Part shown: in pieces, positions 26,979 through 40,533 of the stretch | Numbering within the stretch: the first letter of the stretch is position 1 | Layout of the letters: each line of letters starts with the position of its first letter | Assembly (NCBI GenBank): GCA_040954595.2 | Contig: CM082592.2 | Span: 10,502,731-10,566,730, forward strand | Direction of reading: 5' to 3' | Length of the DNA: 64,000 nt | Source of the DNA: Balanoglossus misakiensis | Taxonomy: Eukaryota > Animalia > Hemichordata | The notes under the pieces: model-generated | The model's database searches: none | What the model was told of the DNA's origin: nothing | The model's input: only the letters and a program-made list of their open reading frames with translations | Made by a program: the position numbers and the translations under genes

Positions 26979-28277
26979 GCTTACGTGTTGTATTTTAATC
27001 GCTGTATCTGCGATATTCTGTAGGGAGTGCAGTGTCTAGTATCACTGGGGTGGGGGTGGGGGGTAATATTATGCTTTTCGCTAAAGCATTCCTGCGGGTA
27101 TTTACTCTGTTACAAAATCATTTCAGTACATCTATCATTACAAGCAAAAACCTATTTACTTGTCACTCCACGTTGATTTAATCTTGTACAGCCAACCAGC
27201 TGACATGCGTGGTGCTATTCAAAAACCAGCAATATGTTAGCATACAAATTTAAAGGATTATTTTTGTTCAGAATTTGAACTAAAGACTAAATACGCACAC
27301 ATAAAAAGCCTAACTCAACCGTTTGGCAAATATGTGCATTGAATGTATGTCAGCGACCGGGAAACAGATCGATTTCTAAAAGCATGTCTGTTTGATTCCG
27401 TTTATGACAAATCGTCGCTTAACCAGAGACATCCCATGATTCATTCTGATTCACGCAGCTACCTAACGCTCACTGAAATGTGACGAGAAACCTATAAACT
27501 CGTACAAATTAAATTTTAACATTTCGAAGAAGAATACTAAGTACATGTATATGTTAAATGATTGCGTGTCTGCTATAGGGGTAAAGGTCAGCTATTTATA
27601 AGACACAACCAGGGCATGTAAAGTGTAAAAACGAAAGACATGCTACAGGCACTTAATGGTGGCGTTGCACACCGTAAATTTGTTATGTTTCACTAAAATT
27701 ACGCTTTCCTATAGAGCGCCATCTATTCCGACAAGGACACAAGCTTAGTCATTGTTTTTTTTAGTAGGAGTGTGGACTATATCTGGGACTATACATTGCG
27801 TGATGAGTAGATTGGGACGAATACCCTCTGGACAAATTCCATCAATAGAACTAGAGTTAGGGCAAGGTCCAAACTGACATATGACAACGAGCGCTTGCAA
27901 AGCTGAAGAAACACTAAAATTGGGTTGAATAGACGCTGCCACACGGACTTTACATCGGCAAAATCAACAAGCTAGCCTGTCGACACAGAGAACATAAATA
28001 ATGTACAAATTAACAAACGTTACAGGTTCCTTCATTTTTTTCAGCGAGTAAGAGCACGCCATCAACGTTACGCAGTTGACATGAATTATTGATTGTCCTT
28101 TTATGCCTAACACTAATATAACCCGCATTCAATGTAACGCTAATTGACTGCTCTGTCAGTGTGCTCACTAAACGGCGAAAGACAAGACAAAGCTTGCGGA
28201 GAATGAAGTTGGAGTCAAAGTAACCTTGGAGGATACAGTACGTGTTTGTAGACGGATATAGCTGAAAGTGTTACCCG

Positions 28278-31200
28278 ATGAAAGAGACTTTCGTTGTAGC
28301 TGTCCTGTACCTGGCGTTACACGCCTACCAAGCCGTGGGTAGGTACAACCTCTGTTTCGTTTACTGGAAAAGTATTGATGACAGAACATTTGATTCATAC
28401 CCGCCAGCTGGGTTGACAGACACGTACCTTCTACTTTGCTCGATCGAACACGCACTTAGCGTTTCCTAACAAAGTAAACAGCGCAAGACATTCTTCATGC
28501 ATCATTCTGAGCCCTTCTTGTCATCCATAAGGGAGATGCCAATTTCATATTCTATGTGCAAAGTGTCCATGAACCGAAACCAAATGGTGCACAACTGTAG
28601 CCGCTACGTTCTCTAAATATTACCTCTTCAGCACAATGTCATTTGCTATTTATGAGTGAGATTGTACATTCGACATTTCTTGGGAATAGGAATTACAAAT
28701 ATGCGCGAAATTAATAAAATTAAATTTGCGCGACACAGATACTTGGAATCATATTAGTAAATCATGTTTTCCCTACAAAGGGCATGATGGTGGTTTCATT
28801 TGTCAGGACTAACGGACCATTAAGATGTATTAATGGAAAGCAAAGTAGGGGCACGCACGGCAATATTTTTATTTTGAAAAATAGTTAAATCTTTCGGGAG
28901 GTGAGTGTGACAAAATCAGCTATCAAGCAAAATGGGATTAAGTTTGGAGCCTATGAACTTTGATATACTGTATTTGTAACGTTTCATACAACCAAGTTAT
29001 GCAACAACTAGTCAGCAGTTCCCATAACACCGATCTCACACAGGTATCATAACGTCATATTGGGAATTTTCAAATGGAAGCAATTATCACGATTATGCGA
29101 GTTAGATATTCAGAACCAGCTTTAACTAATGTTGATGATTATACAACGGATACACAAGCCAATTTACACTTACGGCAGCTGTCTCCTTTAAAAAACACTA
29201 TTTGTGTGAACATGTTTAACATCATTGGCAATTGTTTTAAATTGAAACGATAGCAGATGATGATGCATCCATGCACAACACAATCAACGCCATGTGACGT
29301 CATGTAGAGTCATTAAACTATTAGACAAAGCAACGTCAACACTGGTACCACGATAAAACCAAGTTAATACGCGTGAATGCGGAATTATAATTATGTGGGT
29401 ACAATACGCAACAATACGCATAAGAATACAACTGCATAGTGTGCACACAGAGAAATAGTGTGCAGAACCACTTGTCGTCAAAAAGCACCACAGTACATTC
29501 CGTGGTCTCAAGTATCACAAATCGTAACAAGTTTCCACCAGCTCTAGCGAGACGTTTGCAAAATGAACCATAGTGTCACCATAAGGCAGTTTATAAAATT
29601 TATGCTATACTGTCATACGGTAGTTATAACCCACAGTCGGTTGGTTAGCAACATAAATCATGCACGTATGATAAATTCAAAACACTACCCAATTAAATAG
29701 AAGATAGCCATCACAAAACATTTAATCGAGACAAATTAATTCGCGAATTTGTGCTAATCACCAAACCCAATGACAGCGAGTTGCTAATAGTAATAACTCA
29801 ATTCCGCCGATGCGGTGATCGGTATCGCCCGTGCGCATAGCCAATTTCCTTTCACTTTATTCATTTCCCTGCAAGTATTACATGGCTGCAGGTGACGTAT
29901 TGTGGTGCTCTAAAAGCTACAATGGACCAGGAAGCAAATGCGATTTACGACATCAACAATAACGTTTCTTTATTTATGTCTGTCAACGGAGACCTCTGCA
30001 ACTAATACACGTGACACAAGGGCACAGAGGCTGGTGATAAATGTGACTTAAAGCAGTAAGCTGGTGTAGTGTTGGATAGAAACTGGCGGTTTCCAAGGGC
30101 TAATGCACCTTAGCAACAATCACTAAGGAATATGCAAATATTCAAGGCAGCATCCGGGACTGTGCGCTCCCTATGCTAAAAGTGGCATCGAATATTGCTC
30201 CACTTTGTAATGTGTCAGGTATAAATATTAATTATCTGTTTTATTTGCAATTTTATTAGGATTGATTCCCGTGCCATATTAATCTCATGACAAATTAAAC
30301 TTCAGTGGAATACCAGAAATGTTTTACTCGGGTACATAATTAATTATAGAGGCACACAAGATAAGCTTATTACTAAAATTTATGCCACAACGTCCTACCA
30401 ATGCAAAGTGCATCGTCTCGTGCAAGTCCATCACTTCATCTTACTCCCTTATGCATCATAATAGAACATTCTAAATACAAACAAACACCAGACCAAATTT
30501 AAAACAAAGTTCACTCTCATTTGTTGGAATATCATAAATCGCATTAACTATGTTGCTGGTAGTCGACGACCAAACAGAGTGTTACTAACTGATCAGGACT
30601 CTAACCCACACTGACAGATGTTACACTTATATCTATTGAAATTATTGCATATTGTATTGTGATGTGTACAATGTTTATCAAATCCGATATCCAATGATAT
30701 ATGCAAAGACATCAACGTATGACTAGTTGATTATATCAGACAAAACGCGCTGGGACGTGACAGATAATTTTCAAACAATTTTCAGAGTAACGATCTTGTT
30801 TCAGTAAGAGTCAAACCAAATTGTTTATTTGTCCCCCATGTGACTCCAATTAGAGAGAGCGTGACCAGTATGGATACGTGTTTCAAAAACCGTTTCTAGT
30901 ACTCTTGTTTTGAATTGAGCATTGCCATTGCCATGTGGTTCCATCTCGTCCATATGGCATTTGAGGAATAATGCACATTTTGCCGGATGGTGTGGAAATA
31001 AACCCACCATTTCTTTTCATGGAAAATCAATGCTATTCAAAATCGCATTGAGCAGATCATTAATCCGCGAGCATTTCGAATTGACTGTACAAGGCTATTT
31101 TATTTTGTTGGCATTTTCAATTTTAAAGACCAAATATGGCCCTGAATAATTTAAGTTTTATTTCACGTCTTACATTTGTATTTAATACTCAGCTGTCAGC

Positions 31201-34200
31201 AATGGTAATTTACTGTTCGCGGCGGATATTTGCGTCAACACGATGCGAGGGCAATGTGCATCTTTTGGAGGGCAATGTGTATCTGTTGAAATGACAGTGC
31301 ACTTAGCAATTCCATTAGGTAACATATCCACATTTAACTGGTTAGTGAATTTAGCACCAGCCAGAAACATAACAGTCCTTTCTGCATTCTTATAGATACT
31401 AGACGTCTGTGCCGCAGCAAAGGAATGCAGAATTTGAAAGAACTGCTGCGTTACGGCACAGACATCTCTTTGTCTATGATTAGGGCTTACGGCAATTTAA
31501 CGTCTAGTCAGTTTTTGTAAAGAGATTGGCAACCCAGCATTAGACTTTCTCAAGTTGAAAGCGTTTCTGACGGCGCCTCATCTCGTCATTAACTGAGTAG
31601 ATCGATAGTGAGTGTATCGTTGTACGGATGGTTGCAGACCGAAAACAAAGTCTATTGTTCTGTAGTCTTCTCAGTAGGCTTAACAGTTTAAATAATTGTT
31701 CAATCGATCCGTGTAGTTATGCAACGTTTTCTCTGTTGCATAAAGAGCCACCCGTGCACTTAACTTCTTTATTAACGCATGGAAAAACTTTGATCAGAGG
31801 CTCATCGATAGTACCCGTGGACAGTTTCTATTCAACTATGACGTTTGCAGAGGATAATCTTAAATAGGTCATCAGCTGATGACTATCATCCATATTTCTT
31901 GGCAGAAAACGTAAGTCATGTACAGGCCAGTTATTTATCATAGTGATTTGTATCCATGTATTCATTTATCCCCAATGCGGGTTTTAAATTTAGCAACTTG
32001 TAATTAGGATATCAAAGTCATAATGTCAAGCTGGTCCCCGACTAATCAAGGGCCACAGCTGTTAAAGTCAGATATTACTAATCAACCTTTTCATAGAAAA
32101 TGGAATTTGTCCATTAATAAGGCTGCTGTGTCAGGTAATTTAATGAAATTCACTGTACCATTATTAAGGTCATAATGACATTCAACCATGAAACTAGAGA
32201 GGATTTGGCAATAATTCAATTAATCTTTCCAAAACAAAATATTGTATTAATTTGAGTCGAACTATGTACTTAAAGCTATTCTTCATGGTTCAATTGGGTT
32301 GGCAACGATGACGTCACCTGATTGGCGTTGTGGTACGTTGGAACAACTGGACATCATTCTGGTCGATTTTAAGCACTACATAAAATATATAAACACCATT
32401 ATATAAATTAAAATTTCACATTAATAATTTATGCACAAGGCTTGTAAAAAACGCCACATATCAGACAGTTGTAACAATTTCGATTATTGTTAGATGGCAC
32501 ATCCTTGATGAAGAAAGAAGTGTGCTAACTAAGGGTCCATAAAGGTCAACTTACAAAGGTCATTACGTCTTTCTAACTTTCATTTATTGCACCTGATACG
32601 GCAATTGACACAAATCAATGCAATTTCTAACACACTTCATTCAATGCAATATCCAAGCTATTTGTATTTAATGCAAAACTAATGGCTTTCACTGAATACA
32701 ATTGAGATGGCGGCAATCAAACGTAAAAAAAACTGAAAGAATTCCGAACCCGAAAGACATTTGTACACTGTTAATTATGAGTTTTCCAATAACAGAACAA
32801 TTTCGTCGTTATTCACGCCACTTTCTTGTAATTTCCTGTTTTAATTTTGACGTTGCTATTAATGACCATGAATGGTGAATGATTGTTTTACTGACTTTTC
32901 AAATAACAGCAATGTCGCCATGACGACTGAGGATACACAAATCACTCTCTTTAATACCTTCGCCGACGAGGCACACGTGTTCTTAGAACACACACTGCGG
33001 ATTGAATGAATGTGACAAAGGAATATGAGAAAGACGTGTTCTGTCTCTTCCCTCAGCTTAGCTGGTCTTCAGTAAAGCCACTGTTTCTCCTATTTGCATT
33101 TGCAGCTTTTATCATTTTGCATTACTCCGTAAGCCCCCATGGAGAAGACAATCTGGGAATTGTCAAATCATCATTCTATGTGACGTCATAAATCACGTGA
33201 TTGTTGGAAAACAGATTGCACAGATCTCTCTTACCCATGTTTAGTGACCCATTAAATTTTGAATGTTATAGGTTATCGTGAAAAGGGCGGATGGGAAATA
33301 TCACCTCGTTTTATTGCGAGTTTTCATTTTATCGATTCACATGGGCTTTTAAGCTTTCAGAATAAATGACCTGTAGGCCCCTAATAGTTGTTTTAGTTTA
33401 CCGGAAGTCCTGATATTAGTGGCGTTTGATGTATTAAATGGACTCCTGAAGACAGTGTTCATCATCACCTCCTTATGTCGGTACCTTTGTCTTGATCTTC
33501 AAAAAGACATGTCATTATAGCGGCATGCTAAGAAATCAAGGTTATATCAATATATAGTAGATGGATTATGGATAATGATAGTTTTTCTTTAGAAGATAAA
33601 GTCGATCATGACCATAGAGATTACATAGTGTAATCAAATGACATTAATAATAGCGCTACTGCCCGAGGAAATGCACCGTTCAACTGTCATGGTTTTCACA
33701 TAAAACCTTTAACTGACCGTGCGGTTGATTAAATGGCGCCGAAAAGCTACTTCGACAATTTAGTTTATATGATGGGGAGGAGGAGGAAATTTCCTTTTGA
33801 AAATGAAAAGATCAATGGATGAAGTACACATTTCATCATATATATTAGACTTTGCTTCCCGTTATACCAATCTTTGCCTTGTGTCTATTTTTCCACCGGA
33901 CTCTTTAAACATACAAATTTGAATATCACTTGATCATGAGATGCAAGACTTAATTAAATATGCAAATTAACAATTAAGATGGCACCATTTAAATGCTCAT
34001 GGTACCGTCACTTATTGTAAATCGTCGTCTCTTTCTATTTATAAACGGCAACGTGCGAGGTTATGCTTCCAGGCCTGCAGGCAATACATCAACCTGTATA
34101 CTTCATTCTGGTTTTTTGTGATGGCCAACTGTATGATTTTTATTAAAATCACAAACGCGGGATGGAAGTGCTTCAGTATTCCGTTTGAATAAAACGTATA

Positions 34201-37200
34201 CTTAACTTTGTCAGTGGTTTGATTGAGGCAAATCACCTATCATTATAAATCGCCAGTTTCGTGTCAATTATACTGTATGCCACGCACATGCATATCGGTT
34301 GCATCAATAACTAAACAATTATTGAGATCGATATTACAAAAATAAATTTGCTTGTCAATTAAAGTCGATATATTCATTACATACATTATATGTCGAAGGA
34401 ATCAGCAACAATCAATATTATTAAGCAAATACAGACATTATGTAACCTATAGAGGAAGAAGTCAGGAAATTATAACAAACACAATTATCAACAACCTTGA
34501 AAGTTAAAAACCGGTGATCTAGCGGTCGATACAGCTCCACTGTGATAGTTTGCATTAGAGACTGCTTCGTAGTTAAATGCCACACTTTTCTTGAGATTCG
34601 GACAAACTGAACAACAGAGCAGATGCAGCAAAAACTTCTATTACCTCTCAATACACAACACAACGCAGAGCTAGTTGTATGACATTTAAAATGCTGCACC
34701 AAGCAATAACGGGTAAAATCGAAGCCAACTATAGTCTAGGGCCTATAAATAGTAGTGATTCTTTTTAACGGTACTATAAATCGGCATGTTTTATCATATT
34801 TTACTTGAATATGCTAATATGGTGTTCTAATTGAATGCGTTAATTGAGAACGTAGTCAAGCGGAACAATCGAGTTTCAATTCATCAAGCTGTTGAAAGTT
34901 TGGTTATCTATATAAATATCGACCACACTGTTACTATCTAATCACGTTGTATTTAATCATCATGTTAATGCACCTCACATCCGGACTGAAGCTTCCTCCT
35001 TGTTTTGAAATTATTATAGCCATTGGTTACTGGACCAAAAAATAAAGCCATTCTTATTTTAACTTTTAAACATTTTAGATATACAGCATGTTCCGCATTA
35101 ATGTGTTATCTTAACTGCAACACGCCTACAGAACGAGGCGGGTCGCTGAATGCAATGTACGAGCTTAGCACCATGAAGAAAACCCGCAAAAATATTCATG
35201 TTGCTATTTCAACCAAAAAAAAAACATTCTGCTGTTTGCATGGTCATTGGTTTAGCACAATTTCATTCGTGGTGGCTAACAATAGAATAACACAGAATGC
35301 ATGGCTGCTTAGAAATTCGTAAAAACGTTTGCAATCACTGATGCATAATCCTTATAATACAACACATTGTCTGCAATGTCATATATTTATATAATTTCGT
35401 ACAGAAAGATAAAACGCGTATTTGATCGCCTTTCAGGAAGAAATGAAACCACTGATTACGGACCATGCGCCGTGAAGTCTGTTGTTGAACCTTAATCATA
35501 GAGCTTTCTGGACAATGGTTTGCCACACAAAAATAAGACTGCGCTTGTGCTCGTTTAATCCATTGTTCTGGCGATGGCGTGTCAAAGTGTATTTTTATAA
35601 TGATTTATGAGTTCATGTATGGAGATATATTACAGTTGACGCGATGCTGCTTGAAAATAATGACAATAAGTTGAAATTGAGCCAGTGTTCTTTTGAAAGA
35701 CAGTGGTTAAAAAGTTGTAATCAGAAAGGTTTTCATCTCACAATCCCATATATATTAATGATTACATCAGTTTACAACACCTTTGTTTTCTTCTTCAGTC
35801 ACATTCATCATGCATATGAAATGCAAGTGAATAATCAGAAACACAAATTGGCAGAAATATAAATTGACAATGACTTGTGAAGTGAAATCGGGCGAGAAAG
35901 ACTGCACAAATCAAACGTAGTAACTTTTGTACTTTGTGTGGAATGTGTTGATGCTTTAACATGTAAACCATGGACGGAAACAGCTATTCCCGTTCATGAC
36001 TATTCAAGTGAGGCCTCTCCGCGTCAAGCAACGAATGAATCAGGAAATTTAAATGCTATTGGCGATACCGAATCAAACAGCTGATGTTTCGCTCTTTTGA
36101 TGGCGACGTTTTGTATAATACAATAACCTCTGCAAATGAAACATAACCCATTTTAAGAAGTGTGATCGCACTAGAATGGGTTGCCATGGTTATAAACATG
36201 AATTTCCCAGTGTATAGTAATCATAATGACATTATTCCAATTGGCAATACAGAGTGAGTTTAACTGAATATTAAGTTACTGGCGTTCTATTAAGGAGAGA
36301 TGATTGACACGTGGTGGCCAGTCGTGTTTAAACTTGTCATGGCAACTCGGGGTCAAGGACAGCAAAGAAATCCAAGCAAACAAAAGAGACATTATTAAAA
36401 AGGGGGTAAATAACACTAGAAAAAAAGTTAAGTCATTAATCAAACGAAAAAGTAGTTTCACTGTTTGGCATTGACACTTTGCGTGTATGGCGTCATAGTA
36501 ATTTTTGTATTAACATTTGTAATGGTTTCGGTAGTGGAATGTTAGCTATTTCATTTTTGTATTGGTTCTTTGTGGAATTCTACAGATATGGGTCTGTTCA
36601 CTGTGACACGTCATACATGTGTCATTGAACCCTGATTGGTGTAAAAGTGCCTACGCAAACTGGTCTGCACACAATCTACTGAACCAAAAGTCGGCTTTCA
36701 TATTGTTATTGTTGGCAGTACCTTTATGAAAATAAAAACTGCGACACACGCAAATGTGAATCCGAGATTGGGATCTCACATACTGCTGTGAATTATTAAC
36801 TCTCCTGTCACACTAGATTTTATCGGACGTTTCCATCTTTGTTGGTACAAATCATACTCTTCACTGTCAATGTGACTGATTTTCCTTTCATTCCACGTTA
36901 TAACTTCAAATTGAAAATCGCAGATAAAACATGATAAGCCTTGTATATAGAGATAATGTTTGGAATAGCCAATTGACCCCAATAGCTTCGCTTGACTGAC
37001 CGGAGGAAAATGCTTACGGAACTTTTTTTATCAGGTTACAAATATCGACCGAAAATTGGCCAATGATTTCGGGTTGGTTCCCAACTACGTATACGACAGA
37101 CTTTGCATATCGATCGCTGAGCACTAGAGGGTGCTGTTCTTGTTTCTCCATATCGAATTAAATGCCCAAAGCTGCACAATTTCAACATCATCGTTAAATA

Positions 37201-39511
37201 TTATTTTCTCGTATTTTTATACAGTTACAAAAATGAAATTTTCAACTTATTTTGATTATTTTGCTTTGCAGGATTCATACATGGCAATAAAAGCAGGACA
37301 GATATGGCGTTCCAACTTGTCAAGGATCTGTTCGAAGACCATGAACATCAGAAATACATTCGACCGCTGATAAACGATTCAGAAACAGTCACGGTGAAAC
37401 ATCGAATGACACCGATACAGATTTTGAACATAGTGAGTATACACGCATTCATTCTCTGTGTAATCATGGCAGAAAGCGCGCCCCCTGGCGAAGGATGAAC
37501 CTTTTGATAAGGAGATCCAAACCCAGAGGGGCATATTTTTAATTCTGAAGATTCAGCTTGTCTGGGCCTGGTCTCACTTTATACATCGCGCTCTAGAACC
37601 TGCCTATTGTGGTACGATACGTTTTGTTGTTCGATCAAAATACGACTGACCTCTAAACCTACTCTTGGTGTTTTACAGGACGAACAAAATCAAGCCATCT
37701 ACATGAAAGTATGGATGAGTCAGGTGAGTGTTTATGATATACCTATGCAGAGTTGTTATTCCTTTGTTTTGGCACTGCCAATATTTCTTAAACCATTCCA
37801 ACATTACAGTTTTGGCCATGATTTCGCTTATTTTCAGATCTGGACAGACGAATTCATGCAATGGGACCCAAGAGACTATGGTGGCGTCGAAGAAATTCGA
37901 GTACCAATCACCAATTTATGGCAACCAGATATTACACTTGTTAATGGGTAAGCTTATCTTGGCTTAGTTGAGTCATCACGGGGCAACAGTACACAACTGT
38001 CTCCATTGGGTGTGCACATTTTCTACCATTTCTCTAATGGTATACAGTTACTAAATCCATAGAGGTAGCAACTGATATTCGCTTGCCTTTTGGTAATTTA
38101 ATCACGTGGTTTCAGACTCATTCATTTGATTTCCTTGTCGCAGTGTAACCCCTGGCTTCTTGAGACACTATGATACAGACGCCATCATTTCATACGAAGG
38201 CGAGGTGACAGCTCTGCAACCAGACGTTCTACAGGCAACTTGTAAGGTGGACCCCAGATTTTTCCCGTTTGACCAACAGAGGTGCCATTTCACCTTCGCT
38301 TCGTGGTCATATCCGCTGAACAAGATTGACCTGGTCCTGGACCCCAGCTCCAACACCAACCTGTTCACCAGCAACGGGGAATGGATGCTACTTGGGATGC
38401 CCAAGATACGTGAGGCTGTTCTCGATCCCTGCTGCGCCGTGCCCTTCCCAAAACTCACGTACACCATGCACCTGCAAAGGAGGTCCACCTTCTACGTGTT
38501 CAACATCGTTCTGCCGTCGTACCTGGCGAGTGCCCTGGTTGCGGTGGCGTTCTTTTTGCCGTCAGACTCCGGGGAGAGAGTCACCCTATGGGTCACCAGT
38601 ATGCTGTCTCAGTTCGTCTTCCTAAATGTGCTCTCGGAGTTCATGCCACCGAATTCGGAACACCTGCCATACCTGCGTGAGTAGACTCGGATCTTTTGTG
38701 ATGTAGATTTAAAAAAAATTCTGAACAGCAGATCTGTGTGTAGTCGGTTGACGGGAGTTCATTTCCATTACAGTTAGCGTTGTCGTCATGTAAGAATTCA
38801 GGTTCAGATCAAAATCAGGGTCCATTTATAGATGCACCATTTTCGCCAACTTTTATGTAGTCAATTTGAACCTGTCAGATGTTCTCTCATTTCCATTGTT
38901 GTATGTTGATCTTGATTTCAGAACGTTATTTCTTCTCTTCGATCGGCCTGGTGGCTATATCGGCGCTTGTTATTGGACTGACGCTCAGCATGCACTTCAA
39001 GGAACCCCACTGCCAGGAAGTCCCCGGATGGCTGCGAAATTTGGTTTTCAGGATTTTGGCTCCGCTTGTGTGTCAGACGAAACTAGCCGAGCGGTATGTT
39101 TTGCGGATGAAAGAGAGCAAGAAAAGGAAAAAAGCGAGGCGGAGAGCGAAAATCGACTTAGAAAATTTCAATCTTGGATTTGTCCATGAAGCAAAACCCG
39201 GGGACAATGATCCAAGTAAACCCCCAAATGGAGTTTTCATCGTTGATGGCGCTATTCACAGACCACCTGTGACAATACCAGGTGGTCATGAAGCGGAAAG
39301 TGCAATTGGCAGTGAAGGGGACTGCGAGATATTCAGTGACAGAACAATGCCTAAAGACCGAAGCAGAACGAACGAATGGAGAGCCGCAGCACGTATAATA
39401 GATAGAGTGTATTTACTGTTATATTTAGTAACACTAACCGGCCTTCTGGTTGGTTATATGACGTTTTTGTACCTCTACAGTTTAGATGCTCCCGTCTACG
39501 AAAACAATTAA
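28278..39511 (+). CDS. Nicotinic acetylcholine receptor-like Cys-loop subunit 1 (alpha-type, vicinal CC)
   Basis: Exons 28278-28338 (inferred signal-peptide exon), 37272-37432, 37679-37723, 37838-37947, 38144-38676, 38922-39511. WQPDI, Cys-loop CKVDPRFFPFDQQRC, FASWSY, PCC, M1-M4 with LPSDSGERVTL and EWRAAARIIDR. Exons 2-6 are secure; exon 1 is inferred from phase and signal peptide. Confidence 0.9.
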
Positions 39512-40533
39512 ATAAACATTTACGAAGAGTGTGTCTCAACAATATATTACAGGAGCATCAATTCATTCATGATTTTTTTACATTTGATACAATGAAAGCG
39601 AAGAATAGTTGTGTCGTTACGAAATTTTATTTGTAACTTCCTCACATCTACTGAGCTCTTCTGTTTAACGCCAACATTTCTATTAAAATAGTATTACAAC
39701 TATTTATTAATATTTATCATTTTTTATGACGTTATACTGGTAATATAGTTCATGTATAAACGTATTGCATTATGTATTATCATAGTATTTATGGCAATTT
39801 GATCAATGCCTTTGTTTTACAATACACTTTATTATTTATTTATAATTTTCCTTCAGAGAGAATTATTTAAATAAAGTTACCACCGGATGTTTTAGAAGTG
39901 AATTTTCATTCTTTTCTTCCCATCAAAAGTTAGCAATTAGTAGTTAATCACTGATGAACATATAAAACGTCTGCTGACAATATTATTCGGGACAAAAATC
40001 GACGAAAGTTGCATCTATTATACTTCTAAGAAAAAGATGACGTCATCATATCGACGTCATAGTATTAATAATGTGATAAATTACACAACTAACAAATTGG
40101 CATATACACCCTATTAAAGTTGGTGATTTTGTAACAATTAATTGAGTTTTCCGTTCTACTTTTCAATATCAATTTGTGTTCGTGCAACCGTACGAAGGAA
40201 ATGTAATGTCCACGGGAAAAATAACTTAAAATATCTGAACATTATCATTTTTGGTTGATCGAGACAAAGGGGAATATCAACTCTGACTTCTACATGACCA
40301 TATTTGGATAACAATCAATATTCTACTTATCTCCATAATCAGACGCCTTTGGAATAGGTTGAAAGCAACGTTCGGATGAAAATGAAAATTAATATGCAAT
40401 TAGCATTCACCCGTCACATATAAAATGCCAGCACGCCTAAAAAGAGAACTGTATTCACAGGCTAAGAAAAAAAAGATCCTACAGTGTGTCTTCTGATGTT
40501 CTGCATGATCACACGCAATCACCTATATCAGCA

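Noticed and set aside
31868-31883. 16-bp palindrome GTCATCAGCTGATGAC containing CTGATGA (hammerhead core-like)
   Set aside because: No matching GAAA core with stems I-III seen; probably a chance palindrome or E-box.
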